Position numbers and translations under genes: made by a program. The notes beneath the pieces were generated by a model, which was not told the origin of the DNA, did not search any database, and was given only the letters and a program-made list of their open reading frames with translations. 64,000 bases of DNA from Hemiscyllium ocellatum (taxonomy: Eukaryota), in assembly GCF_020745735.1 (NCBI RefSeq), contig NC_083425.1, forward strand, positions 45,309,575 through 45,373,574, given 5' to 3'. Below are positions 51,201 to 64,000 of this stretch, piece after piece. Position 1 is the first letter of the stretch. Every line of letters begins with the position of its first letter.

Positions 51201-53690
51201 GTAATTTAGCCATTGATGGACAATCAAAATATGCAGTCTTGGCTGCTGCTCTCCCTTCTGTCATTTCTGACTGGCCGAATAAGAGATAATTATCCCCCTT
51301 GCGTAAGCCTTAGCAGTCTCCCAAAGTATAGCCAGGTTGCTGGCTGTGTCCGAATTAATAGTCAAGAATGCTTTAAACTCATTCGAGAAGTACTCAATAC
51401 ACTTGCTGTCCTTGAGAATAATAGGATCCATTCACCAATGCCGTGAGCCTATTCCATTGTCCTTAATCTTAACCTCCAAGTACACTGCAGCATGGTTGGA
51501 AGTGGCTATATTTCCAATTTTACAGGACATCACTGAGTTCAAAAGAGCCAATGGGGCTAGAGAAAGGTCAATCCTTGTATGACACTTGTGTGGATTATAG
51601 AAAAATGTGAAGTCCCTACTCGCAGGGTGAACACATCTTCAATCATCCACCAGTCCCAATTCCATGCATAAGTCCACCAATTGTTTAGATTGCATGGAGA
51701 TACTTGGGGGGCCTTTGGGCATCCTTTCTACTGTGGGATCCATGAGGTGATTAAAATCTCCCCCTATGAGAGTGTGTCATGTTCCAAGGGCAATCAATTT
51801 AGAAAGTCCATCAGTCAGGAATTTGAGGGGGTGTGCCGGGGGACAGTAAACATTTGTAATGCCATACTCCTCACCATGTATCACAAACCGCCCATACTCA
51901 TCTTTAAGTTGATGTACTAACTTAAATGGGAGATTCTTCTGAACGAGTACAGCAATCCCCCACTCTTAGTGTTAAAAGATGAAAGTAACACCCGATCAAA
52001 CTAACCCCCCCCCCATGACCTCCGCTACAACGTTAGGTGCTCCTGATCATCAAGGTGGGTTTCTTGCAATAGGGCAATATCAACCCACTCCTTCCTAAGA
52101 CTCAAAAGTACTTTTTTTTCTCTTGACCAGTGAGTGACTCCCCTTAATGTTCCAGGTCCACCATTTAAAAAAAACATTTAGCCATATCCTTCTAAAAACC
52201 CTTGAACCCCTGAGTAGCAGAACCCTACTCACGATGTGCTGAGTACATATAACTAGAGATTTATAGTGCCTAAAAATGCATACACTAAAACTACAATAGC
52301 ATAACTTTTAAAAATTTACATCTACTATAAACCAATAAACTAAACCAATTACAACATACAAAAAATACTTAATGGGAGACTCTCCCCCTTGCCCATAGGG
52401 GGCACTTACACTACCCACAAATACCTTCACAGCTCCTTCTGGCTGGAGACGTGCCCCACACCCAGGCGAAGGATAAAAGACACATAAATATTATGAACAA
52501 AGAAATTAAAAACGGGCAATTCAACCATCCTCCCCATACAGTAACGTCAATTATCACTGAAAAAAATCCAACAACACTTTCCAGAACACATTTATAAACA
52601 GAGAGAAGAAGGGAAAGAAAAGAATAAACAAAAGGAAAGAAAAAAGAACCATTATGATCCAGTTGTTTGGACCATTCAGTCTATTTCAAAGTGCCCAAAA
52701 CGTACTTTGCTTTATCCGATCAAATGCATGCACGGACCCTTCGTGGCTAAAATGGAGCACCGCCGGGTATCTTTTGGAGTATTGAATATCCAGATCCCTC
52801 AATCTCTTCTTTACATCATCAAAGGTCGTCCTCTTGCAGTCTTGAAAAAGCATAATCTTGGATCCCTTGTAATTCAGGGCCTGTGGATCCTCCCTCAACG
52901 ATCTGGAAGTTTCTAATACCTTTTGCTTGTCCCTATAGAACTGGAATCGCATTAGGTCTGGGCAGGAGCACTGGTCCGAAACAGGCTTGCGCACCGTGAC
53001 CCGGTGAGCTCTCTCAATCCGCACTTGGCCCACCTCAGCCTCCCAGCCATGAAATGGCAGCAGCCATTCTTTGGAGAAACTGATTGGCTGCTCACCTCTT
53101 TTCGCTCAGGCAACCTGATCACCTGGATGCTTTTTCTTCAACCTCGATTTTCGAGGTCATCGACCTGCTCCACTAAGGCCCGTACCTGCTTCTCCTGGGC
53201 CTGGATACATCCTGTTGAACATTCGGCCGCGTTCTCTGATGTCATGGGCCACTGCTCGATCTCCTCTACACGCTTCCCGAGACACCACAGCTCCTGCTCA
53301 TGCTTCTGCAGCATGGCTGAGATAGGTTCCAGCCTGGTGCAGGTCTCTTCCATTGATGCTTCTATCTTGTCTCAAAGTTTCACGAACTCTGAAGCTAGCC
53401 TTGATGAGCTGGTAAGTTCAATGGGGTTTCAATGGATGCTGATGCTGTGGCCGCAGGTGTGTCCTTTGCTGCAGGGGAGTGTCCTGCTTGTTGTGATCTG
53501 TGCAGCACTTTGCCTTTAGTCATCTTCCCTTATCACAAAAAAGATAAGTAGTAATTCTACTAACTTAAAACTAACAATTTTCTCCAAAACAGCTGAGATG
53601 AGGAGGGTAAAAGCATCACTTCGTCTGAGATATGGTGGAGAGGTCAGCAAGGCAGACATTGCCGCCATCTTGAATCTCGCCACATCGTGG
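48255..53690 (-). mobile_element. Decayed near-full-length L1-clade LINE
   Basis: ORF1 from ~53523 (coiled coil, DDLENR, IERAHR, YPA.L). ORF2 from ~52185 (WNIKG, LQETHL, PISLLN..KIL.K..RL, LYADD at ~50125, KTWQP at ~48620). Many stops and frameshifts; CR1 insertion at ~49705-50052. Confidence 0.9.
49705..50052 (-). mobile_element. CR1 3' fragment nested in L1 ORF2
   Basis: Matches the 3' end of 41675-43402. Confidence 0.9.
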
Positions 53691-54699
53691 ACTTTTAAAC
53701 TCTGTATTCCCATTCTAATCTTTTTTTTACAATTTCAATTATGTACCAACACTTAAAAGTCTCTGTGCCTCGGTATTCTGTATATACGATGGTACCAGGT
53801 GGTGACATTACAAACTTTTCACTGCATTCATTCAAGTGCACATGACAATAAAGGCTACTCTATAAAGGCACTTCCAATAGACACCTAAAGGCAAGTTTTC
53901 TGGACTTCTTTTTCAAAACAAAAAGAAACTAGTTTCTATAGTTCTTAACGAATAATAAGGGAAATAATAAGGATGCCCCAGCATTCAGAGACACGCTCAC
54001 AATTCACACTCTCATACACAGATTACAGAGTATGAGGATAAATTAAGCATTTTAAAATCTAGTAAAGGTTAAATGAGTTGTTGAACTTTGGTGACTTGTC
54101 TGACTTTGAGCTGAAAACAGTCATCCAGAGTCAATGTCAAGATGGTTTAATGATGTGGAGGTGCTGGTGTTGGACTGGGGTGGACAAAGTTAAAAATCAC
54201 ACAACACCAGGTTATAGTCCAACAGGTTTATTAGCTTTCAGAGCACAGCTCCTTCATCGTTATCTGCTGCACATAGTGAGAAAACAAAAGCAGATGGGAT
54301 TTGAAAATTGCAAGGTAGAAACCCACATTGCCTTTTCAGCATGCCATATGCTTGTGCTCCTCTGCAGAGAAGGCAGGCGCTTAAATGAACAGAATGTTTC
54401 ACTGGCTGGGAAACCTTCACTCAGCCAGAGTCCTTTGTCTGAAATGATTGCATCTAATCTTGTTCCTGATCCAGTTGAATAGATGACCTGCCAATAGGGA
54501 TGAAAGATGCAGTTCATTCATGTTCCATTCGAGGTAGGCTTGTTTGGCTCCTGCGCACAAGTAGGCCTAGAATATAGAATGATACTGCAATATAAATGGG
54601 CAGCCATCTTTGACTGTAGTTACAAGTCACTATAATCTGGCTGTGTCTAATATTATAATTTTACATGGATCCTGAGTACACCAATCTCAACCACACCCC

Positions 54700-55425
54700 C
54701 ACAGCTCTCAACTCTTCCCTAAATGATCAGATTAAACTGCAAGAGCTTCCAAGCACATATTGTTAACATCACTAACACCACCTTTTTCCATCTCTATAAT
54801 ATCAGGAGATTCCACCCCTGCTTCAGCTCATCTGCTGATCAAATCCTCATCTGTGCCTTTGTCACCTCTAGATTTGGCAATTCTAGTGCACCCCTTTCAT
54901 GTTTCCCACATTCTCCCCTCCATCAGCTTGAGATCATCCAAAACTGAACTGTCCTTGTTCTTACAGCAAATCCTGTTCATCTATCACCCCAAGTACTCAC
55001 TGAGCATTTTTGGGTCTTGCTTGTCTTGCTGTTAAAATTACCATTGAAATTCTTGCTCTCAATCCCTTTCACTGAGTTGGCCTTTCCAAACGCTGTAATT
55101 TCTATCTTCACAAACCTCAGAGGATCTGTGCTTATCCCATTTGAACCACCTGAACATCCTTAATTTTAATCACTCCACTGTTAGCAGTCAAGCCTTCAGT
55201 TAACATGGCCATAATGATTGAAATTACCTCCCTAAACCCTATGTCTTTTTATCTCTTTGTCTGTGAAGATTCCTCTTTCAACCTACCTCTTTGACAAAGC
55301 TTTCATTCATCTGCCCTTCATACGTCCTTACATGGCATGATGTCAGATTTTACTTTATAATGCTGCTGTGAAGTACCTTTGTGACACTTACACCATTAAT
55401 TAAGCTCTATAAGTAGGAGTTATTG
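54700..55425 (+). mobile_element. Decayed L2-clade LINE 3' fragment
   Basis: HIVNITNTTFFHLYNIRRFHP..S...QILICAFVTSR matches the L2 RT C-terminal consensus (FFHLRNI...LIHAFVTSRLDY). Confidence 0.75.
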
Positions 55426-55991
55426 AACGCAAGTCAAGTTCAAGCCCTTAACTAAGTGGAATTTTTTAATCAGATTGCATGTTGATCTAGGTCTTGGTTT
55501 TTGGACTAACTTGTAATATTCTCAACAGTACATGTTGCAAAAAAAAATTCTCTCCTTAATGGTTTTCTTGAGTTTGTCTCATGCCTGCTCAAAATAAGTC
55601 ATCATAGCCAAAGCCAATTTGAGGGCTGCCTTAATCTGGCCATTAGAGCTGGAACAGTATCTGCTTTCAGACAATCCTGGCACATTGCTGGAACATTCTG
55701 AAATAGTGACCAATTTATCTTCACAAGGAAAAGAAGAATGAAGCAAAGATTCACCAAGGGATGCTTCCAAATTTAGTTATTTATGGCATCTCAAAATCCC
55801 AGCATATTACCCCACTCGTCTTTCTCATTCTAAAATTGTGAACTATATACAGATATATAATTTGGAAATTTATGATCTTTCTGCACACTAATAAATATTA
55901 GGGGGCAAAACTGTTTATTTTTCATGATGTGAGTGAAATCACAAAGGTGGACGTCTTGATTTTGCATTGTTTATATGCGCTGTTTTCCATT

Positions 55992-56381
55992 GGAGGCTGA
56001 GGGGTGACCTTATGGAGATTTATAAAATCATGAGGGACATGGATAGGATAAAAAGACAAGGTCTTTTCCCTGGGGAGGGGGGAGTCCAGAACTAGAGGGC
56101 ATAGGTTTAGGGTGAGAGGGAAAAAATTTAAAAGGGACCTAAGGAGCAACTTTTTCACACAGAGGGTTGTACTTGCATGGAATGAGCTGCCAAAGGCAGT
56201 AGTGGAGGCTGGTACAATTATAGCATTTAAAAGGCACCTGGATGGGTATATGAATAGGAAGGGTTTAGAGATATATGGGCCAAGTGTTGGTAAATGGGAC
56301 TGGATTCATTTAGGATATCTGGTCGGCATGGACAAGTTGGACCGAAGCATCTGTTTTTGTGCTGTACATCTCTATGACTCT
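55992..56381 (+). mobile_element. CR1 3' fragment
   Basis: Matches the 3' end of 41675-43402, ending 'ctctatgactc'. Confidence 0.9.
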
Positions 56382-57059
56382 CTGGCTTTAAATGTTTGCT
56401 AATGATGCCATCATTTCAATCGATGGTAAGCCACCTCTAGTAATGATTCGGTGTTTCTCAAATGGCTGAACCTTGCTTAACATCCAAAACTTTATCTAGG
56501 TTTCCTATTACCCAGATTTTCAAATAACATTTTGATCATTCAGAAGTTGAGAGTAACCACAAAGGAAAAGTCCACACCATTCATTGCTGCCCAAAAACTT
56601 TCAGCAAGACCTTTCAGACATTCATTTTAGTTTGTAACTGAAAGCCATTCAGCTAAGGCATTTATTTTTATGTTTTACAGATTGCAGGCATTGCTGATTG
56701 GACAAATGTTTGTAGTCCATCCCTCAGTGTCTTTGAGAAAGTGGTGGTGAACTGCCTTCTTGCAACACTTAGTCGCTGCTGCATGGTTCAGGAGGGAGTC
56801 CCAGGATTTTGATTTAGCAACAATGAAGGAATGACACTATAGTTTCAAGTTGGAATGGTGTATGAATTTAGGGTGGTTGAGGGAAGGTGATGGTTTTTCC
56901 ATGAATCTGCTGCTGTTGTCCGTCTGAGTGACGTAGGTCAGGGGTGTGGGAGGTGCTGTCAAAAGACATTTGAGGAATTGCTGCAGGGCAGATTTTGACA
57001 AATGACCAAGATGGTTTCACTGGAAACAGTGCTGGGACTACAACTGTTTTAAAATATAT

Positions 57060-57985
57060 CTGAATGACTCGGAGGAAGAAAGTGAATGTACTGAAGGTGG
57101 AAAGGCAAGTTGTAAGAGGGATGCAAGCAGGTTACAGAGAGATATTGATAGGTGAAGTAAGTGGACAAAAAGTTGACAAATTGAATATAATGTGGGAAAA
57201 GGAGAAGTTGTTCATTTTGGAAGGAAGAACAACAGAGCAAAATATTACTTAAATGGTGAAAGACTGCAGAAAGCTGCACCACAAGGGACCTGGGGTAATG
57301 GAACATGAAACACAGAAAGCTAGCACGCATGAGGAGCAGGTAATCAGGAAGGCTAATGGAATGCTGGCCCTTATTTCAAAGGGGTTGGAGTACAATAGTA
57401 GTAATGTCTTGCTGCAACTGTACAAAGTGTTGATGGGACCATATGCGGAGTACTGTGAGTGGTTCTGGCCCTCTTGTTTAAGGTTCAATATTATTTCATT
57501 TGAGGCACTTCAGATAAGGTTCTTTAGGATGACCCCTGGTTATGGAGGGATTGTCTTGTGAGCAAAGGCTAATTGGGTTGGAACTCTACTCATTGGAGTT
57601 TAGAAGAATGACAGGTAATCTCATTGTACAGTAACATACGGGATTTTTAAGGGGCTTGACAGGGTAAATGCTGAAAGGATGTTTCCCTGCCGGGGAGAGT
57701 CTATACCAGAGGGACACAGTCTCAGGATAAATGGGTCTCAGTTTAAGACAGAGATGAGAATGAGTTTCTTCTCTCAGAAGATTGAGTCTTTGGAACTCCT
57801 TGCCACAGAGAGCTATAGGGTCAGTATCCTTTTGTGCATTTAAGGCTGAGGTCGATAGATTCTTGCTGAGTTGGAAAATCAAGGGTTATGGGTGTGAGGA
57901 ATGTCTGATCAACCATGATCCTATTGAAAAGTAGTGAAGGATCAGGGACTGAATGGCCTACTCCTGTTTCTATTTCTTTTGGTTG
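57060..57985 (+). mobile_element. Old CR1-type LINE 3' fragment
   Basis: QVIRKANGMLALISKGLEY...LLQLYKVL..P..EYC; tail 'gaatggcctactcctg'. Confidence 0.75.
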
Positions 57986-59157
57986 CATGGTCATTTTGAT
58001 GATGGCGTACACTGCTGCGACTGTGTGCTAGAAATGGAGGGAGTGAATGTGTAAGTTGGTGGATGAGGTTCCAATCAAGTAGGCTGCTTTGCTTCTGGTG
58101 ACATTACAATTTTCTCTGAATTCTTACAGGTTGTTTGTGCCTGTTAAGTTTCTGCTTCCATTCTTGCCTGCTCTATTTTGGATTGTAGCTCCAACTGTAC
58201 TTATCCACCCAAAACCCTAATTAACCTCACCATTGTCAGGGGTGGCATATTGTTCAAGAGTTGTCTATTTGGTTTCTTCATGAAGACCACATAATGACTC
58301 AACTCCTGGCATCAATATTCTATTTGAACCTTTTCCTTTAACTTTATCCCATGTGCAAAGCTTCAGATCACGCCTGACCTTGTAAGTACTGTATAAACAT
58401 TGTTTCAAAAAGTACAGAACCGCTATTTATTTAGTACTCTAACTCTAAAAATGATTTGCAGTTTATTCACTGTTATACTACAGTCAGTTCCTGGGTTGCA
58501 AATGGGTTCCATTCTGGAGTCCGCTAGCAAGTTGATTTGTTTGCAAGTCAGAACATAATACAGGACAATGGAAAGTAGCCATTCATAAGTAGAGGAAATG
58601 TTCATATGTTGGGCCTTTTAAAATTAAACTAAGTGTGGGAACATGTCCATAAATATGACCATTTGAAACTCAAATATTTGTAAATCAGTTGCTTCTCTAT
58701 ACAGGTAAAGGCAGCACTAGCAAGCCAGCATTTGTTACCCATCTTGAACTGAGTGGCTTTCTAGACTATTTCAGAGAGCAGTTAAAGACTCAACTACACA
58801 GCTGTGGGTCTGGAGTCACATGTAGAACAGATCATATGGGATGGTAGATTTCCCTCCCTAAAGGACAATGGTGAAACAGAAGCATTTTCACAATAGTTAG
58901 CAACAGTTTCATAATCATCATTACTGCGACTAACTTCATGTTTCAGATTTTGTTAAGTGGATTTAAATTCCACCAGTTCCATGGTGAAGTGTGAGCACAT
59001 ATCACCAAAATAATCACTGAAACCATTTGACTACTACACAAGTGCCATTACCACTTCACAACCACCTCCTCTTTCCTATGATGGGGGATAAATACTGGAT
59101 ATACCATTAGAAGATCTGTCTTGCTGTTGCTACATTTTAGTGCCGGAGATCTTTTAG

Positions 59158-60730
59158 AATCATAGTATCATACAGCACTGAAACCGGCCTTTGATCCAAC
59201 ATGCCCAGGCCAACCAGGTTTCCTGAATTAAACTAAAGTATTCTTACATTTGACCCATATCCATCTAAACCTCTTCTATCAATGCATGTGGTCCAAATAT
59301 CTTTTAAATATGCCAATTGTGCCAGTATGTACCATTTCCTCTTGCAACTCATTCCAAATACACGCCACCCTCTGTGTGAAAATGTTGCTCTTGGATCCCT
59401 TTGAACTCTTTTCCCCCCTCACCTTTAAAGCTTTTCCTTCTACTTTTGGACTCCTCTGCCAGGGGGATAGGACCTTGTTTATTTATCCTATCCATGCCTC
59501 TCATGATTTTATAAACCTACATAAGGTCACCCCTCAGTCTTCTATGTTCCAGGGGAAAATGTCCCAGCCTATCCAGCCTCTCCTTATAACTCAAATCCTC
59601 CAGTCTTGGTAGCATCCTTGTAAACCTTTCCTGCATCTTTTCCAGTTTAATAACATCCTTCCTATTGTTATCGACTCGGCCAGAACACTCAAGACATTCT
59701 TAAGCAGGCAGATCCAACCATAACTTTATAATTTGTTTCGGTAAGTGTACAGTGAAAATTACCCAACGTAAATTAGCGAGGTTGACTACCAGGTTTAAAA
59801 ACAGACTAAATATTATTCACAAAATTACACAATGAATAGAATAAAGAACTTCTACAGAACTCAGTGTTTGCAAACTAGACTTAATTATGCTGTTCCAAAT
59901 ATACACAACGGTCCCATTAAGCAAACCCCCTTAAAACACAAATTTTAAAAAATGGAACAGATGCTTACAGATTGAAGTTGAAAGGGCAGAAGAAGAGAGA
60001 GAGACTCTGTTCACACAGTCCACTGCTGAACTCCTCACTAGTTCTGGGCTGAACTGTTCAGCTAGAGAGCTGACCACTCCCTTTTCATTATACAGGTCAC
60101 TTCTAAAACATGACCACTTTGGCCTGAAATCTCACCTGTTTACATATAAACAAAAGGCCTCTCAAAATTCTTTTCATCTTTGTACCCCACTAGTCTAATC
60201 AGAGCCCAGCCTGGCTTATGGCCCCTCTGAAAAGAAGTCAAGAACACAGTTTCTTTGAGAAAAGGAACAGCATTTAGGAAGAAAGGGACCAGCTTTGTGA
60301 CACTATAACAGGGAGACCAGAATTATACGCAGTACTCCGAATGTGGCCTTACCAATGTATTGTACAGCTGTAACTTGATGTCTCAACTCCTGTACTCAAT
60401 GCTCTGACCAATGAAAGCAAGTGTGCCAAATACCTTCTTCACCATCCTGTCTACCTGTGATGCCACCTTCAAGGTGCTAAGTATCTGCATCCCTAGATCT
60501 CTCAGTTTGACAATACTTCCTAACATTAACTGTGTAAATCCTGCCCACATTTGTCTTACCAAAAGGCAACACTGCACATGTATTGGATTTAAATTCCATT
60601 TGCCATTCCTTGGACCACTGGTCCAGTTGATCAAGATCCCATTGTACTCTTAGATAACCTTTTCACTGTCCACGAAACAACCAATTTTGATATCATCCAC
60701 AAATTTACTAAACATGCCTTCTATATTCTG
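59158..60730 (-). mobile_element. CR1 fragment interrupted by a solo LTR
   Basis: CR1 RT C-terminal homology on both sides of 59666-60302. Confidence 0.8.
59666..60302 (-). mobile_element. Solo LTR (637 bp) with a perfect 4-bp TSD
   Basis: TGTTA...TGACA termini; CTAT at 59662-59665 and 60303-60306; homologous to 39885-40519. Confidence 0.85.
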
Positions 60731-60807
60731 ATTCAAGTTATTTTACATGACCCTGAGCTAGCAAAGGTGAACTCTCTGAATATTTCATCTGAAAGATAAT
60801 ACCCTTG

Positions 60808-61107
60808 TGGGCGGCATGGTGGCACAGTGGTTAGCACTGCTGCCTCACAGTGCCTGAGAACCGGGTTCAATTCCCGACTCAGGCGACAGACTGTGTGGAG
60901 TTTGCACATTCTCCCCGTGTCTGCGTGGGTTTCCTCCGGGTGCTCCGGTTTCCTCCCACAGTCCAAAGATGTGCAGGTCAGGTGAATTGGCCATGCTAAA
61001 TTGCCCGTAGTGTTAGGTAAGGGGTAAATGTAGGGGTGTGGGTGGCGGGTCGGTATGGACTTGTTGGGCCGAAGGGCCTGTTTCCACACTGTAAGTAATC
61101 TAATCTA
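60808..61107 (+). mobile_element. Well-preserved V-SINE (HE1-like)
   Basis: A box 'tggcacagtgg', B box 'ggttcaattcc', intact V domain, CR1-like tail and (aatct)n end. Confidence 0.9.
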
Positions 61108-61425
61108 AAAACTGTAGCATTGCACATTTTAGGTTTCACACTAACTTTAAGTTATTGTTATGATATTTAACCTATGGTGACAAAGGTAGCTGTTCTCCTC
61201 ATAAATAAAATCTCATCGAAGAAGCTTGTAAGTTACCTTCTGAATACACGTAAGTGCAGGTCATTGTAGAAATGTGAGATCCAAAATACAATCCAGGAGG
61301 CCACCATTCCATTCTCCCCCTTTTCATTCATCACCAATACAATGGGCAATGTAGACTCAAAGACCCAGATGTTCATGTGAAATTAACTGCTCATTAACTG
61401 GTGCAATTCAATTGCAATTCCCAAG

Positions 61426-62279
61426 TCATAGGGTCATAGAGTCATAAAGTTATCAGCACAGAAACAGACCCTTTGGTCCAACTTGTCCGTGCTGACCAGA
61501 TATCCTAATTTACTCTAGTCCCATTTGCCAGCACTTGGCCCATATTCCTCTAAATTCTTCGTATTCATATACTGATCCAGATGCCTTTTAAAGTTGTAAT
61601 TGTACCAGCCTCTATCACTTCCATACACACACCACTCTCTGAGTGAAAAAGTTGCCCTTTAGGTCCCTTTTATTTCTTTCCCCTCTCACCCTGAACCTAT
61701 GCCCTCTAGTTCTGGACTCCTCCACCCCAGGGAAAAGACTTTGACTATTTACCCTATCCATGCCCCTCATGATTTTATAAACCTCTATAAGGTCACCCCT
61801 CACCCTCCGATGCTCCCGGGGAAATAGCCCCAGCCTGTTTAACCTCTCCCTGTAGCTCAAATCTTCCAACACTGGCATCATCTTTGTAAATCTTCTCTGA
61901 ACCTTTTTATTAGGAAGGGGACCAGAATTACACACAATATTCCAAAAGTGGCCTAACCAATGTCTTGTACAGTCACAGCATGACCTTCCAACTCCTATAC
62001 TCAATACTCTGACCAATAAAGGAAAGCATACTAAATGCCTTCTTCACTATCTTATCTACCTGCAACTCTACTTTCAATAAACTATGAACCTACATTCCAA
62101 GGTCTCTTTGTTCAGCAACATTCCTCAGGACCTTCTCATTAAGTGTATAAGCCATGCCCTGATTTGCTTTTCCAAAATGCAGTGCCTCACATTTATCTAA
62201 ATTAAACTCCATCTGCCACGCCTCAGCCCATAGGCCATTCTGATCAAGATCCTGTTGTAATCTGAGGTAACCTTCTTCA
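61426..62279 (-). mobile_element. CR1 3' fragment
   Basis: Same family as 41675-43402. Confidence 0.9.
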
Positions 62280-62974
62280 ATGAATTTTATTCCAGGCTTC
62301 TACCCATTCTCACGCTCTGAGGCTGATAGTGGGCAGATGTCCTCAGTTCTCCAGCAGAAGAGCAGCCACCTTGCGCACACAGTCATTCTTCAAGGCAGAC
62401 TGAAGACAACAGGTGAGTATCAAAGGCCAATGCATAGCATTTACACATGCATTTTTCCTCAATGTTGGGAGGTCACTAAGCTGTAATTCAGACACTGGTA
62501 GACTTTTCCATTTCCATTGAGATCATGTGATTACTATGCTAGTGCTACTTCACCACCACCTCCTCCTTCCTATCATGGGGATAAATGTTGGATATATCAT
62601 TAGAAAAGCTGTCTTGCTCTTCCTACATTTTGGCGCTAGAGATTTTTTACAGTCATAGAGTCATATAGGACTGAAACCAACCCTTCAGCCCAACTTGTCC
62701 ATTCTGACCAGGTTTCGTAAACTGAACTATTCCCATCTATCTACATTTGGCCCATAACCCTTTCCTATCCATATTGCTATAGTTTCATCACTGCTGGGTG
62801 TTCCCATCAATAGCTTGTAGAGGGGTGAAAGGATGGTGCTCAGGGGATAATCTTAATTGGCTGCAGGAAATTCAGTTCAAAGTAGTTTCCATATAAACTC
62901 GGAAATTTCGTTGAAACCCCAATACTATGAAGTACCCGACTTAGCAGTCTTTGAAGACTTTTCATTTAAAATGG

Positions 62975-63165
62975 AACGAAGAACTACGGACGCTCAAGAT
63001 CTGAAGCAAAAGTGAAGTGCTGGAGAAACTCAGCAGGTCTGGCAACATCTGTATGGAGCAAGGAGGGTTAAAGTTCGGGTCACTGGACTCAAAATGTCAA
63101 CTTTGCTTCCTCTCCACAGACGCTGCCAGATCTGCTGAGTTTCGCCAGCAGTTTATGTTTTTGTA
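62975..63165. mobile_element. Palindromic PLE-derived element (core deleted)
   Basis: Arms 'tgctggagaaactcagcaggtctggca' and 'tgccagatctgctgagtttcgccagca' surround 'gggtcactggactc'. Confidence 0.6.
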
Positions 63166-64000
63166 ACGCATTTAATTTATCTCAGTTTAGTTTAATTTAA
63201 TAATTACCTTCATTTAGTTGAATAATTTTATTTGCACAAAAAGATTTAGTTGGCCAAACTCACCTTATTGAAGATTGTAATTGACAAAACGCGGGGTATA
63301 ATGTTGACTTGTTGCTGAGAATTTCTAATCATCAGTTCACAAAGGTCCATGAACAATTATACAATTGTTTAAATTCGCATTCTCGTCTCTTTGGGAGCTT
63401 TGCCCTTACTGCTGGAGCAATAAAAAGTGTTTGATGCTTTCTGTAAAATGCCAACTCCTGCTCATCTGCTGAGTGTACAAGCTGTACCCATATCCAACAG
63501 GAAGGTGACAAAGGATATGCGAGGCGTCTGCTGTTAGCATTCAGGCTAAATTTGACCTTAACTCTTTAACACGATTTTCATCAGCTAAAAAAAAACCGCT
63601 TTGTCCCCGGGAGTTCAAGAGGAACAAAAAAATCAACACCACCCAAGATTTTTTCAGTGGACTTTTCACTGTCAAGCCTCCCCTCCTCCAATGTAGTTCC
63701 CCTTGTCTAAATGTTTGTGATCATTTGCAAAGGTTTTTTTCAAGAAGTTGCGGGTACCCTTTTTCCAGACAACTATGGTTGAAGTGCAAAATACAAATTC
63801 AATACAAAGTTGGATATTGGCCAGTTGCAGCATCGCACCTGTTGGCAAAATGCACCATCGTTACAGAATGTTAATTAAGAAGGATTAATAAAATCCATCA
63901 CATCTGACATTTTAAAAAGATCATCAAATGAACTCTCATTTTTTAAAAAAAATTAAGTATCGATTGAAGAAAGAATGGCACTTTTCTCTGCATTTGCTAT

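Noticed and set aside
48117-54258. Composite transposon formed by inverted PLE ends around the L1
   Set aside because: These PLE ends appear to be common repeats, the right copy is ~450 bp from the L1 end, and there is no shared TSD; likely coincidence.
60808-60885. tRNA gene
   Set aside because: A and B boxes belong to a V-SINE head that continues into the V domain and LINE tail.
61238-63415. Possible minus-strand exons ending at donor-like sites near 61237 and 63263
   Set aside because: Short open frames with no recognisable homology; cannot be distinguished from chance without RNA data.
35500-64000. Syntenic neighbours such as myosin heavy chain
   Set aside because: No exon with recognisable homology was found; listed ORFs are TE-derived or random.

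Overview
Eukaryotic, repeat-rich vertebrate DNA. The repeat families (HE1-like V-SINEs, DeuSINE, CR1, Penelope) point to a cartilaginous fish, probably a shark; this is inference. Two spliced genes lie head-to-head, as in human. ADPRM is on the - strand with 3 coding exons (2229-10372, ~346 aa). SCO1 is on the + strand with 7 coding exons (15897-35437, ~298 aa, CxxxC and His copper ligands intact). Each gene start is flanked by a minisatellite that is G-rich on that gene's sense strand. The rest is transposon-derived: many CR1 LINE fragments (one with a 486-aa open RT frame), a decayed near-full-length L1-clade LINE, an L2 fragment, two solo LTRs, tRNA-derived SINEs and Penelope-like element (PLE) remnants. 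The most notable signal is a set of short PLE-derived insertions from about three families. They carry minimal hammerhead-ribozyme motifs (CUGANGA-A-stem II-GAAA-palindromic ACGU/AGCU-H), several form long inverted repeats, and many are flanked by ~10-16 bp target-site duplications. No protein-coding gene was recognised from 35.5 kb to the end. All calls were made by eye; TE boundaries are approximate.
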